From an uncultured Nitrososphaerales archaeon (lineage in GTDB: Archaea > Thermoproteota > Nitrososphaeria > Nitrososphaerales > Nitrososphaeraceae), in NCBI GenBank assembly GCA_963695855.1, contig CAVOHZ010000006.1, forward strand, positions 128,001 through 192,000: a stretch of DNA of 64,000 bases. Reading direction: 5' to 3'. The translations under genes were made by a program, and so were the position numbers. Shown piece after piece: positions 10,744 through 21,490 of this stretch. The notes under the pieces are model-generated. The model searched no databases and had not been told where the DNA came from. It saw only the letters and a list, made by a program, of their open reading frames with translations. Position 1 is the first letter of the stretch, and every line of letters begins with the position of its first letter.

Positions 10744-11328
10744 ATGAAATTTCTGACGATACTATTTCTTTTATCCGTTATAATGATATCTCTGATCTCT
10801 AATACCGAAAATTATAATCAATTGTTTGCTCAACCAACAAAAGCCAGTAAAGTAAATACAACAGATATCGACACGGCTATAGTTGATATGCTTAACAAAA
10901 TAAGCCGTGGAAATGTGATTGATAATACTCTGAACTCGATAGTTAGCGGTATGAATGTTGGCACGACTCAGACTAATCTATCCTTGCCACGTTCTTCGAA
11001 TGAGGCAAATTCTATTATTTCTACTAATTCGATTAATACTAATAGTAAATTAGCTCCTTCGCAATCTGGATTTTCTGATCTTAATAAATTCATATTGAAG
11101 ATAATAAACCAAGATAACAATACAGAAACAATAGTAGCAAGCAATTCTTTGATAGACTTCAATAACAAATTAATAAAATTCTGTACGACACTATCATTAT
11201 CATCATTTGAATGTATTTCAACTCTTAAGGATTCGATAGAATCAGTTGAATTTACAAGTTCTTATATGGGACCAACAAAATTGATAACTCATGTAGACAA
11301 TTATAAATTAGACTTGGAAATAAAATAA
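10744..11328 (+). CDS. Secreted hypothetical protein
   Basis: Signal peptide; S/N/T-rich mature region. Confidence 0.6.
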   Translation: MKFLTILFLLSVIMISLISNTENYNQLFAQPTKASKVNTTDIDTAIVDMLNKISRGNVIDNTLNSIVSGMNVGTTQTNLSLPRSSNEANSIISTNSINTNSKLAPSQSGFSDLNKFILKIINQDNNTETIVASNSLIDFNNKLIKFCTTLSLSSFECISTLKDSIESVEFTSSYMGPTKLITHVDNYKLDLEIK

Positions 11329-11426
11329 TGTTATTTATATTTGATATTTTTATAATCAAAAAGTTGCTACAGAATTTGTCTACACTTTGTGACTTTAAGC
11401 AACTTATATTTTTTATATTTGTTCTG

Positions 11427-11813
11427 TTACATTGTAATTAATTTAACATGGTCTAGTTTTTTATTTGTTTGAAAGTTCTTTGTCATATTTCTAATCAACT
11501 CAGCATCTCCCTTTAATAAAAACACTTCCACACATCTGTCGATATCTATTTTACTATGGAGATGTGTAGTGATGATTTCTTCATAATCATGTCTCATCTT
11601 CGTTACCTGATCGTCATCTCTTTCCTGATGAATTATCAATAATAAGGCACTCAATTCTCCATGCAGAGATTCTCTCTGTTTTTGTTCTGCGAGGATACTT
11701 CTCAATCCAGCTCTCACAATTTCAGAGCGACCAGAAAATCCCAAATCTTTTTGCAATTTATTTATATCATTTATAATATCATCATTTAGAGAAATGCTTA
11801 CTATTGGCAACAT
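11427..11813 (-). CDS. nikR: NikR-family (CopG/RHH) metal-responsive regulator
   Basis: IVSISL...GFSGRSEIVR RHH domain; HDY...THLH...C metal ligands. Likely ATG at 11813. Confidence 0.82.
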   Translation of the reverse strand: MLPIVSISLNDDIINDINKLQKDLGFSGRSEIVRAGLRSILAEQKQRESLHGELSALLLIIHQERDDDQVTKMRHDYEEIITTHLHSKIDIDRCVEVFLLKGDAELIRNMTKNFQTNKKLDHVKLITM

Positions 11814-12014
11814 CGATAAATTATTAGTACAGATATAAAATTTTATGGTTAAAACAAGCATATTGATCTAAAGTTATGAAGTTAGGGATAATATTCTATT
11901 ACAAGATATGTGTTGATTAAGTATGTTAGATATAGACTATCCTTGCTTGCGATTATGGACTAATTTATTTGTCCTTGGTCAAATACTGAATAATAAATCA
12001 GAAATATTAGAATA

Positions 12015-12990
12015 TGCCTTGTTGCACAACTTGTTCTTCTCAACACATTTAGCTAACCAATTCTAGTCATATTATGTGAACTGGAGAAATTACAACGAAT
12101 CTCTTGTTAAACGTGGTGAGGTATTACTGGATTTTGATATTATAGATAACTGGAATACTGAACTAGAGAAGATGAATAAGGAAAAGGAAGGTAGGAAATT
12201 CGTATATCCAGATTCATTTGTCAAGTTATTGGGATACATGAGAGCATACTTTCACTTACCCTACAGACAAACTGAAGGAGTAGTAAGAGAACATGCTTCA
12301 AACACTTTGCCATCAATTCCAGATTATAGTAACATTAGCAGAAGAATAAATAGACTGGATATCAAGATTTCTGATGATATAACCAAATCTAACTTGCATG
12401 ATGATAATTTTGTTATTGCAATTGATTCTACCGGTATAAAGGTATCTAAGAGGGGTGAATGGATTAGACACAAGTGGAATGTAAAAAGAGGATATCTAAA
12501 GATACATTTAGCAGTCGATATAAAAAAGAAGAGAATTCTATCATTAGATGTTACTAGTGAAGAAGTACATGATGTAAAAGTACTTCCAAAATTGGTTGAT
12601 TATATAGCAATAAAACAGAATAAGGTAATAGATACTGCTATCATGGATGGTTCCTATGATAGCAACAAGATCTTTCAGTTTCTATCATTTAAAGGCATAC
12701 AACCAGCAATAAAGGTAAGAAAGAATTCTAGATGCAGAAACAAGACCAATCATTACCTTAGAAACAAGATGGTGAAAATGCAGAAGAATGATTTGCAAGA
12801 ATGGAAAGATAGTGTACGCTATGGACAAAGATGGATGGTAGAATCTGTTTTTTCCTCTATGAAGAGAATGTTTGGTGAATATGTTACTGCTATCAGGTTA
12901 GAGAACATGATAAGAGAGATAATGTTGAAAGCATCGTTGTATAACTGGTTTCAAAGTATTAGAATAAACTAACTACAAAAAATGGTTATA
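12015..12990 (+). mobile_element. IS5-family element with left end present and right IR not found
   Basis: The left end tgccttgttgcacaacttg resembles the IR of the copy at 61705. No matching IR follows the stop codon. Confidence 0.75.
12076..12972 (+). CDS. IS5-family DDE transposase, intact
   Basis: NWRNYNESLVKRG N-terminus; AIDSTG, DGSYD and RWMVESVFS DDE motifs. Confidence 0.93.
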   Translation: MNWRNYNESLVKRGEVLLDFDIIDNWNTELEKMNKEKEGRKFVYPDSFVKLLGYMRAYFHLPYRQTEGVVREHASNTLPSIPDYSNISRRINRLDIKISDDITKSNLHDDNFVIAIDSTGIKVSKRGEWIRHKWNVKRGYLKIHLAVDIKKKRILSLDVTSEEVHDVKVLPKLVDYIAIKQNKVIDTAIMDGSYDSNKIFQFLSFKGIQPAIKVRKNSRCRNKTNHYLRNKMVKMQKNDLQEWKDSVRYGQRWMVESVFSSMKRMFGEYVTAIRLENMIREIMLKASLYNWFQSIRIN

Positions 12991-13014
12991 TATCTTATTT
13001 GTCAAGTCAATTCA

Positions 13015-13299
13015 TTGAGTTTTGAATCTGTTTCTCCAAAAAAGTTGGCTTTGGTTGTTGGGATTGCAGCAGTCGCGATAATATTAGCTCTATTGGGCTC
13101 GTCTGCAAAAAACCTATTCAGTGGAAGCATAACAGATGAAGCCATAGTAAAGATTAAAGAAGGATCTAACTGTATAGTAGAGGGGAAAGATAAAATCCCA
13201 AGAATGATAACAGATTGTTCATATAAAGTGAACGATACGGTTCTGATTACGTTTAAATCACAACAGCCGACTATCGAAAAACATGAGATCAAACAATAA
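13015..13299 (+). CDS. Small membrane-anchored hypothetical protein
   Basis: One TM helix, then an OB-like C-terminus with two Cys. Likely TTG start at 13015 after a TATA-like ttatata. Confidence 0.6.
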   Translation: MSFESVSPKKLALVVGIAAVAIILALLGSSAKNLFSGSITDEAIVKIKEGSNCIVEGKDKIPRMITDCSYKVNDTVLITFKSQQPTIEKHEIKQ

Positions 13300-13460
13300 T
13301 TAATGCAATTATAGTAATTTATGAAAAGGTAAAAACGTTGAGTCTATCTAATTAGAATTGTGGAATATTATATCTTATTAGGAGAAATGCAAAATAGACG
13401 TCAGACAATAGTGTGTCTAAAATCAAGTTACAACGCCGTGGTACTAACAAATTACTTGAA

Positions 13461-14180
13461 TCTATCCCAAAATTAAGGTCTTGTAAACAGTTATACTACA
13501 TGCTAACTGGACAAGACCAAAATAATTCTCTTTTTTCTTTTTATCCCCTGTAAAAAATTTGCTAAATCTGTTAGACCATGAGTTTGTTCCCTCTACGACT
13601 CCTCTTCTTGCTGATTGATCTGGCTTGAAGATCTTTTTTTCTCTTCTATGTAGTATATGTGAGATGTATCTTCTACTAATTATTTTTGGTTCTACTTCTT
13701 TGGAATGATATATTTTATCAAGTGATAGATTCTGCTTTTTCTTTGATATATTTTTGTCTTTAGATTTCCTTTTGTTGGTAGTTGCCTTTTAATAGCCTGT
13801 ACTGACAGATTTTATAATAGTAGAAAGGGGAAATTCCTTCCTTATCTATTCAATTATCTCTTTTTGTGGCTAATTTTAGTATATAATTAGCATTATAATC
13901 TCTTATCACTGCCTAAAGGTGATTTTATAGATGTACGGGCAAGTATCTCTGATATCCATTTGACCCGTCTCTTGTCCGCGTATTTTTACTAATCTGGTCC
14001 GTATTTTGTCATATATATCGCATTGTATCGACTTTTGAAATCTTCTATCACATTTAATATCTGAACCATTTCGCTAGGTAACATTTTTCACGGACATCCA
14101 GTTCTCAAGACAAATATTATTCCATCAATGACTTCTCTGTAGGGAACAACGGAACGACCTATTGTGTTCTCTGGATTTTA
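13461..14180 (-). mobile_element. Degraded IS5-family (IS1031/IS427-like) remnant
   Basis: The end ctatcccaaaattaa matches the end of the element at 47771. The minus strand reads PENTIGRSVVPYREVIDGIIFVLRTGC with stops and frameshifts. Confidence 0.75.
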
Positions 14181-14182
14181 GA

Positions 14183-14458
14183 TCAGTGACCTCTATTTGA
14201 CATTGCCCATACAAGATCGTCAAACATACTATTCATATGTTGAATTTTAATTTTTACACCTTCAAGTAAATTTACTGCTTCTGCAGTATGATTCGATTTG
14301 ACCAAATTGATGACATCATCGACATTAGTTGCCAATTGAGTATGAATAAATCTCATATGTTCCATCACTATATCTTCAGAACGTGGTTGAGCAAATACGT
14401 GCGGAATGAAAAGAATTCCAATTATCAGACTTATCGAAATTATATTCATATTGATCAT
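14183..14458 (-). CDS. Small secreted helical protein
   Basis: Signal peptide ending VFA; His/Met-rich helical mature part. Confidence 0.55.
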   Translation of the reverse strand: MINMNIISISLIIGILFIPHVFAQPRSEDIVMEHMRFIHTQLATNVDDVINLVKSNHTAEAVNLLEGVKIKIQHMNSMFDDLVWAMSNRGH

Positions 14459-15071
14459 TATATCATATAATCTTTTAAACTTTTAGAATTAATTGTTAAC
14501 GAATTTCCACCTGATTCTGTTTTACTATCATGAATTTTTGAACAAACTTGTTTCATAAAATTATATTGATTTTTATTTTACAACTGGATAAAGATATGAA
14601 ATTCACTTCATATACTTAGAACATCTAAATTTTAAGGTGAAGATTGAGGCGAAATGTTCACAGACCTGATCTAAAATAGGAAAGCCCACTACCAATACCC
14701 TATTTCTGTGGACTCTCTACTTATTGGAATGGGAAATTTAGAGCTATATCTATGACGTTTAATTAACAGATTTTTTTATAGAGCGATCCTGAAAAATTCA
14801 ATGATAAATCGTAAAGTTCAGTAAAATTTTTGCTTGATGTTATAATCTATCTTTGGATTATAACAGTTTTTTAAGCTTTTTTTGCATATTTTGAATTGGT
14901 ATTATTTTTCTCTTGGTTAAATCCTCTTTCTGAATGAAATATGATATATTTTTTTTAAAATTCCTATTAAAATATTAATAAAAATTACTTTCTACCTGCA
15001 CCCGCTATTATTTTTTTCAGGAATAATGCATAATAAGTATAAAATATTTATCTGTCGGTGTATAAGAATAA

Positions 15072-16589
15072 TTGTTGACTGAGGATGGGATGAGTTTGTT
15101 AGCAGAACAAGATCGTACGATTGATAGTGAGAAAGAAGATCATGATTTCCTTTTCTTTAATCCGCTTGCTCAACCTACCTCTAAATGGTATGAATTGCAT
15201 AAACGTCTTAGCTTGTTTCCATGGTGGATAAGATATAATCTTGGATCTGCTAAGGAGGCGAATCTAAAGAACAGAATCTTAGAAGTCGGTAAAAATTTAG
15301 GACTCTCGACTGTTTGGATGAATAAGATTATAAGACATTCAATATCTGAATTTTCAAAGAAAGGTCTAGGATTTGACTATTATGGTTATCACAATATTTA
15401 TCATGAGTTAGAGGCGACGTACTTTACATTGCTTGCAACGAGCGGGCAAAATCAAGATAATAGATTTGACTTAAAAGATATCAAATACTTGTTTTTATCC
15501 GCGCTTTTCCATGATTATGATCCGTTGAAGAGTTTTGATAAACCAAATGAAGAGGAAGTTGAATGGTTTATAAGAAAAGATAAAAAAATAAGGGAATGGA
15601 TAGAGGAAGAAGGATTAAACATTGATATCATGATGGCCATTATTCATAGAACAGCGTATCCCTTTAGAGGCAAGATAGCGTCAGATGCAATTGAGAGGAT
15701 GAATCAGTTATTCTCTAAAGCCGGGATCCCAATGGAGGATGAAAAGACAAGAAAATATTATCACGATTTGGGTTGGTTTCTTTCAGTCTCTGAGCGTGTT
15801 GCTGGTTATGCATTAGGCAATTTTGATCGCGCAATTGAACTTGCTAGACTCAATGCTCATGGGCTTGGTTGGCATCCTTCTCTTATTAATCAAGAGTCTG
15901 TTAAGTACTTCAGTCTATTAAAACAAGAAAAAGAAATGTTATACAGAGTATTAAATTCAGTCTCTGAAAATTATAAACAAAATTTTGTCGAAAATATTTC
16001 AAAATTTAAAGAAGCATGGAACCAAGAAGTCGAAATCAAGAGATCGTTGAGAAAAAATGAAATTAGTTTAATTCCAGTCATAGAGGATAAAAATGTGAAA
16101 ATTGACCCAAAGATTGTTAATTCTATAATAGATATTCGAAATGATCTCAACGGTCCATTATTAGTATATAACAAGCAAGATTTTGCTAAATCCTTATCAG
16201 ATCCTGATACTATCCTTGTTACTCTAAGAGTAAAAGAGAAAGATAGAATTGTAATAGGTTTTGCAAAAGGTGGACCACTAGAACAATACCGGTTACGTAG
16301 AGGTACAAATGATGCAAATCATGGAAAGAAAAATACGGTATTTTTAGAATCGATGTATATTCGTTCTGGATACTGGGGTGAAAAAGGAGGCCATTTACTT
16401 CGATTGTATTTTTTAACCCGATCCAAAGAACTCGGATATGAATATGTTACCGGATATGTTCACCGAGATGTTTTATTACGTAGAAGTGACAAAGGAGAAC
16501 CCATTCAACTAGTCCAAAAATACGATCCTGATAAGCTAGATTATTATAGGATTAATTTAAACCGATTTAATTATGATCCACTCCTTTAG
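15072..16589 (+). CDS. HD-domain protein fused to a C-terminal GNAT-like domain
   Basis: YHNIYHELE...ALFHDYD HD motif; C-terminal VIGFAKG...LESMYIRSGYWGEKGGHLLR...GYEYVTG GNAT fold. Confidence 0.75.
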   Translation: MLTEDGMSLLAEQDRTIDSEKEDHDFLFFNPLAQPTSKWYELHKRLSLFPWWIRYNLGSAKEANLKNRILEVGKNLGLSTVWMNKIIRHSISEFSKKGLGFDYYGYHNIYHELEATYFTLLATSGQNQDNRFDLKDIKYLFLSALFHDYDPLKSFDKPNEEEVEWFIRKDKKIREWIEEEGLNIDIMMAIIHRTAYPFRGKIASDAIERMNQLFSKAGIPMEDEKTRKYYHDLGWFLSVSERVAGYALGNFDRAIELARLNAHGLGWHPSLINQESVKYFSLLKQEKEMLYRVLNSVSENYKQNFVENISKFKEAWNQEVEIKRSLRKNEISLIPVIEDKNVKIDPKIVNSIIDIRNDLNGPLLVYNKQDFAKSLSDPDTILVTLRVKEKDRIVIGFAKGGPLEQYRLRRGTNDANHGKKNTVFLESMYIRSGYWGEKGGHLLRLYFLTRSKELGYEYVTGYVHRDVLLRRSDKGEPIQLVQKYDPDKLDYYRINLNRFNYDPLL

Positions 16590-16947
16590 TAAGGTTGCAA
16601 ATTTTTCAAAAATCTTTAAGAATTCAATATTGACAGAGCTAGGTACAGTTATTTTTCCACAAAATTTAATTATCTTGATTTATTTCTATTTGTGATAGAC
16701 TTACATGTTTTACCATTTTCACAAAAATATTAAATTCTGGATAGTTAATGTACAATCTCTTTTAAATCCATTGTTGAATAGATGGATCAATGTACAATTT
16801 TAATATGAAATAGAGATCTACTTTTATCTTGAAAAATAATTAAAGGAATCATTTTCAATAATAACATGATAATTTTCTTTGCTTCATAAATAACATCTAG
16901 GAAATATTTGCCGATAAATAAAAAAAAGAGTAATTGGTGTTATTTCT

Positions 16948-17163
16948 TCATTTATGTTCGATGCCAAATGCAATTTTTACACAAGCACGATATTGTGTTA
17001 TTTGGCCAGTAGTTGGATCTACTTTTGCTGTCATATCTGATACCTCTATTCCTGTTATTCCACGTATTGTTTTTCGTGCTTCATCGATAGCTACCTGTGC
17101 TGCCTCTTCCCATCCTTTTTCTGAACCACCAATAATCTCGACTATTTTTGCAATGTTCGCCAT
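16948..17163 (-). CDS. Dodecin (flavin-binding) family protein
   Basis: KIVEIIGGSEKGWEEAAQVAIDEARKTIRGI...YRACVKIAF; ATG at 17163. Confidence 0.9.
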   Translation of the reverse strand: MANIAKIVEIIGGSEKGWEEAAQVAIDEARKTIRGITGIEVSDMTAKVDPTTGQITQYRACVKIAFGIEHK

Positions 17164-17459
17164 ATCAATAGGTATATGTTTTTCTTGGTATAAAAGTTTA
17201 TTATTTATTATATATTCAATTGTCAAAAATGATTATATAAATCCATTTATCTTACAAGTTTAAGTGTCCATTCTATAAGATTATCCACATATAACGAAAT
17301 AAATCAATAATTGGGAAATGATGGAATGAATACTTTTTCATTACTATTTATTTTCAAAATACCGAACATGTACCTATTAGTATGTCATAGGTTTTTAATA
17401 ATAGTGGTGAATTGTTTATTTACGTATCTATATCTAAATACCTTTTCATATTTTAGGTT

Positions 17460-18707
17460 TCAAACCGAGTTACAAAAGATTTTTTCCAGAGCAGAAGCTA
17501 ATTTATCGATATCATCCTCATTGTTATAGAAATGCGGAGATATACGAATACCATTACTACGAGCTGAGACAATTATTTTATATTTCTTTTCTAATATTTT
17601 TATTATGTGCAAAGGTTTTCTATTTTTGGATTGAAATAGTATTATTCCAGATCTATTATTTTTATTTTCAATTGGTGAAAGAATTTTCAAATTGATGGAA
17701 TGAAGTTTTTCAATAATATATTCAGTCAACTGTAATATTCTTTGCTCTATATTTTTGATTCCAATTGTTGAAATATATTGTAATCCTGCGTTTAATGCAC
17801 TTATATTCGGTAAGTTTGGAGACCCTATCTCAAATTTTGTTGCTGTATTTGACATTAACAATTGAGTGTTAATGCTATATAGATTCCTATCCCTTTGGCC
17901 GGATTGACTAAAGAATGAGGGTCTGAATTGATTTGTTTGTCGTAAATATGTTCCTTTTATGTATAGCGATCCAATACCAAAAGAAGACAATAACCATTTA
18001 TGACCATTTGAGGTGGCAAAATCAATACCAAAATCTTTCACATTAAAATACATACATCCCAAAGACTGAGTAGCATTGACTACAAGGAAAATACCGTATT
18101 TTTTTGAAATCTTTGCAAGCTGCTTTAAATCTTGTTTGAAACCAGTAGAATATTGAACATGGCTTGTAACAATGGTTTTAACGACACTTTGACGCTTTAG
18201 AGAATTTGTCTTGTCTATCATTTCCACTATATCTTTTATTAGTACCTTATTTTGATCCCTTGCTTTAACAAATTTTAGATTTTCTCTGCTATCATTTTTA
18301 TTAACCCAAGGAAGGTTTGTTGCAGGAAACTCCAGATCATTTAAGATGACTATTCCTTTTTCTGAAAGCATATGAGCAATAATATTCATCCCCTCGCTTG
18401 TTGAATGTGTAAATGCAATCTCTTCAGGACCTGCAGCTCCAATAAATTTAGCATAGAGTTCACGGGTTTGCTCTATCTTCTTTTCCCATCTATTCCAAAG
18501 TGTACCCGCATGGTAAAGTGAATCTCGGTAAAATTTTGCTGCCTGCTGGTATACTGTTTTAGGTATAGGTGATATAGCTGCATTGTTAAGATAGGTATAT
18601 TTCTTTGTAACCGGAAAATCATCTCTATATTTATTCCAATCAGGGGACATCATTTGTACATGCACCAAACTAACATTATAAATATTAAGACTGCGACGAT
18701 AAAGCAT
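17460..18707 (-). CDS. Class V PLP-dependent aminotransferase / C-S lyase-like enzyme
   Basis: YLNNAAISP, STSEGMN, SNGHKWL (PLP lysine), RISPHFYN. No catalytic Cys loop. True start may be 18653. Confidence 0.85.
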   Translation of the reverse strand: MLYRRSLNIYNVSLVHVQMMSPDWNKYRDDFPVTKKYTYLNNAAISPIPKTVYQQAAKFYRDSLYHAGTLWNRWEKKIEQTRELYAKFIGAAGPEEIAFTHSTSEGMNIIAHMLSEKGIVILNDLEFPATNLPWVNKNDSRENLKFVKARDQNKVLIKDIVEMIDKTNSLKRQSVVKTIVTSHVQYSTGFKQDLKQLAKISKKYGIFLVVNATQSLGCMYFNVKDFGIDFATSNGHKWLLSSFGIGSLYIKGTYLRQTNQFRPSFFSQSGQRDRNLYSINTQLLMSNTATKFEIGSPNLPNISALNAGLQYISTIGIKNIEQRILQLTEYIIEKLHSINLKILSPIENKNNRSGIILFQSKNRKPLHIIKILEKKYKIIVSARSNGIRISPHFYNNEDDIDKLASALEKIFCNSV

Positions 18708-18878
18708 CTTATTTGAAACAGATATGGCAATAATTTTGGCGATTTATAGAAAATATCCTTTCTGTTTTATTAAATCAATTCCAATTCCATTGATAAAAGG
18801 ATAAAATCTAAAAATTAACAGAATCAAATTGGATATATTTAGGAAATACGTAATTATGAGTTTCTATTATATTATGTT

Positions 18879-19184
18879 ATGTTAGTAAAAATTAACAACA
18901 TTAATACCGATAAGGTAAATGTTACACAGTTAGATATTGACGACTATGGATTTGTAGTACCTTTAAGAGAATTGGAATTAACCTTACCGCCATTAGAAAT
19001 CGACGATTCTGTATATAATATTTTAAAAAACATACAATATGCGGCGGTATTTACAAGACAAGAACTTGATAATGAGAATAAAATTAAAGATACTGTAATA
19101 ATACTTGCAAATCCATTCACATTAGAAGAACTTAATGCGGAAAAAAATCGAGTAATAGAAGGTTCGTATGAAAAAAAGAAATGA
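18879..19184 (+). CDS. Hypothetical protein
   Basis: Clean 101-aa ORF with ATG start and normal composition. Confidence 0.55.
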   Translation: MLVKINNINTDKVNVTQLDIDDYGFVVPLRELELTLPPLEIDDSVYNILKNIQYAAVFTRQELDNENKIKDTVIILANPFTLEELNAEKNRVIEGSYEKKK

Positions 19185-19225
19185 ATCTTGTTTAATAATT
19201 TTTTGATTTTATTATTATGTTGAGG

Positions 19226-19588
19226 TTAAGGAATGTCAACAAAGATACCCCCATCCTTCTCTAATATCTTGTAAAGAGTTATATCCTTGGATTTCTTCCA
19301 TTCCGTGCTCTGGTCCATCCATTTATCTGGTATCTTCTCTAATTTTCCCGAAAAAATATCATATTCAAAGTCATGAAGATAACATACTATCCTATTCGAA
19401 TCACAGGATAATTCGCTTTTTGATAGCGAAGCACCTTTATGTGGACAATAGTTATCAAATGCAAACAAATTATTGTTTTTCTTACCTACCAAAAGATCTA
19501 AAGAGAGGTCATTTTTGTTGGTCTTAATAGTAAAGAGGTTAATTGTATTGTCACGAATAAAGCCAGAATCGCACACCCGATAGAGCAC
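19226..19588 (-). CDS. Rieske [2Fe-2S] ferredoxin
   Basis: CPHKGASL and CYLHDFEYD Rieske ligand boxes. Confidence 0.88.
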   Translation of the reverse strand: MLYRVCDSGFIRDNTINLFTIKTNKNDLSLDLLVGKKNNNLFAFDNYCPHKGASLSKSELSCDSNRIVCYLHDFEYDIFSGKLEKIPDKWMDQSTEWKKSKDITLYKILEKDGGIFVDIP

Positions 19589-19958
19589 ATTTTAGATCAA
19601 CCGTATTGGTTATAATAATTTATACAGTTAATAAAAGCATACCAGATATTTCATTTGAGAAAATTTGATACATTTATCTAATTTGAATAAGAAAAGTGCA
19701 GAATAATTCTTTCAAGAATAGTAATTTTGTATCTTATTTTTTATCTAAAAGGGATCACTTCGATTATCATTCTTTGACATTTCTGTCAGTATTATAGATG
19801 GACATTATTTTTAGAATTTGAACAGGATTAGGATGAATTTAAGATAAACTAAATAAACCGTAAAAAGTGAACTGAAAAGATGAGTTATAAACCGTAAAGT
19901 ACCTTGTTTATACTTTTTAGTACGAAGTAATAAATAATTTTGGTTTTATTTATAAAAT

Positions 19959-20120
19959 ATGAGAAGAAAAAAATCAATATACTGGACAATAGCATCATCT
20001 CAAGAAACCTTTATAGATCTAGACAAAGTTGCAAATTCCGAAGATCCTTTTGATGCAACAATAAAGGATATATCCAAGAAATTGAAGAGCAAGCGATGTA
20101 ACAATGAAATAAATATTTAA
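19959..20120 (+). CDS. Small RHH/antitoxin-like protein (53 aa, below the ORF-track cutoff)
   Basis: MRRKKSIYWTIASSQETFIDLDKVANSEDPFDATIKDISKKL resembles the archaeal TI-x-S-x-E...L...E-x-FD-x-I RHH pattern. Confidence 0.4.
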   Translation: MRRKKSIYWTIASSQETFIDLDKVANSEDPFDATIKDISKKLKSKRCNNEINI

Positions 20121-20860
20121 TTTTTCATTTTTTCATTTTTATCAGTATTTCTATTAGAATATTTGATATCTGAAGACTTACGTATAAATCAGTATTAGAC
20201 AAAACAAGGTTGAGAAAAAAAAATCAAAAACCAAGTTGTTTGATCACAAATTTTTGGGACAATCATAACCCCGATGATTGTTTTGTGCAGAATCTCTTTA
20301 CCCTTTGTAATATTCCAAAGGTAGTCAGGTGATTACACCATGCCAACGAAATAATTTCGATTAAATCTTTTCAATTCATTACTCAAAATTTGTAGAAGAA
20401 TTACTTCTAATTCACTTTGTTAATGACATGTATTTTCACAATTTTGTTTTTAACCAGATTTGCTTGAGAATCTATCAATAATTATCTCTAGATTCTGTCT
20501 AAAAATTGACTATAATAACCTTTTTTTCAAAATCTTCTATCGTAACTAGTACATATTTTTAATTTCCGTCAATGAAACGATGATCATCTGTAAAATAACA
20601 ATTTACATAGAAAAGATTGCTTCGATCAACCACCTTGATCCTTGATTGTTTATTAAAATTTAACTTAAGAATTTAGTTTTAAACCCTAACGAATTACTTG
20701 AGCTATTCTTCATATTCTTGCAGGATTATTTTAACCAGATATTAATACATAATAAGTTTATCATTACTTATTATCTTGGTATAATGGTTTGAACCGATCT
20801 GTTTAAAATGGTTCGTATGATGTTCCGCATGTCGTGATGCTTTAAAAACTTTAAAATATA

Positions 20861-21490
20861 TCATTCTAGTTGCATTTTTGGATTAGAATTTGTTATAGAG
20901 AAAGAATCAAATATTTTTTCTGCTATTGGCAAAAAATCATAATATTTATCTGGATGTGTTCCAAATGAGAGCACATAAATCTTGTCATTATAAAAAAATA
21001 TTTCGTGAGTCATTACGATTTTTGTACTCATTGGGATCATACCGGCTACGTACGAATACGAAATAGTTCTGGATGGTAGATTATCTTCATTTGTTGTTTT
21101 ATCTGATATTAATTTGAATGCAGTGTATGTTTTATTAAATTGTTTCAGAGCATCATCTACATATTTTTTAAAAGTAACGTTTTGAGGTAGTTTATTTATA
21201 CTAAGAAGAAATTTTTCTTGAATCATATCCTGAGTATCTGAAAATGGGGTTATAATCTCAATATTAAAGAGGTTCTCCACAGATGCAGTTGGAATCTCTC
21301 TAAGATTCCAAGTACTAGGATATTCAATAGAAAAATTGAATCTATTATTATCATATTTTAAAAAAGGAGGCCTATCCTGAGAAAAGACAGGTAAGTAAGA
21401 AGTTAAACCATTCAATATGATAAAAAATAATACACTGAAAATAGATAATATGGTATAAAATTGCCTCATTATCATAAAGATGGAATACAT
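20861..21490 (-). CDS. Secreted PsbP/Mog1-like domain protein
   Basis: Signal/TM segment; YDNNRFNFSIEYPSTW ... KIYVLSF...FDSF pattern. Confidence 0.7.
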   Translation of the reverse strand: MYSIFMIMRQFYTILSIFSVLFFIILNGLTSYLPVFSQDRPPFLKYDNNRFNFSIEYPSTWNLREIPTASVENLFNIEIITPFSDTQDMIQEKFLLSINKLPQNVTFKKYVDDALKQFNKTYTAFKLISDKTTNEDNLPSRTISYSYVAGMIPMSTKIVMTHEIFFYNDKIYVLSFGTHPDKYYDFLPIAEKIFDSFSITNSNPKMQLE

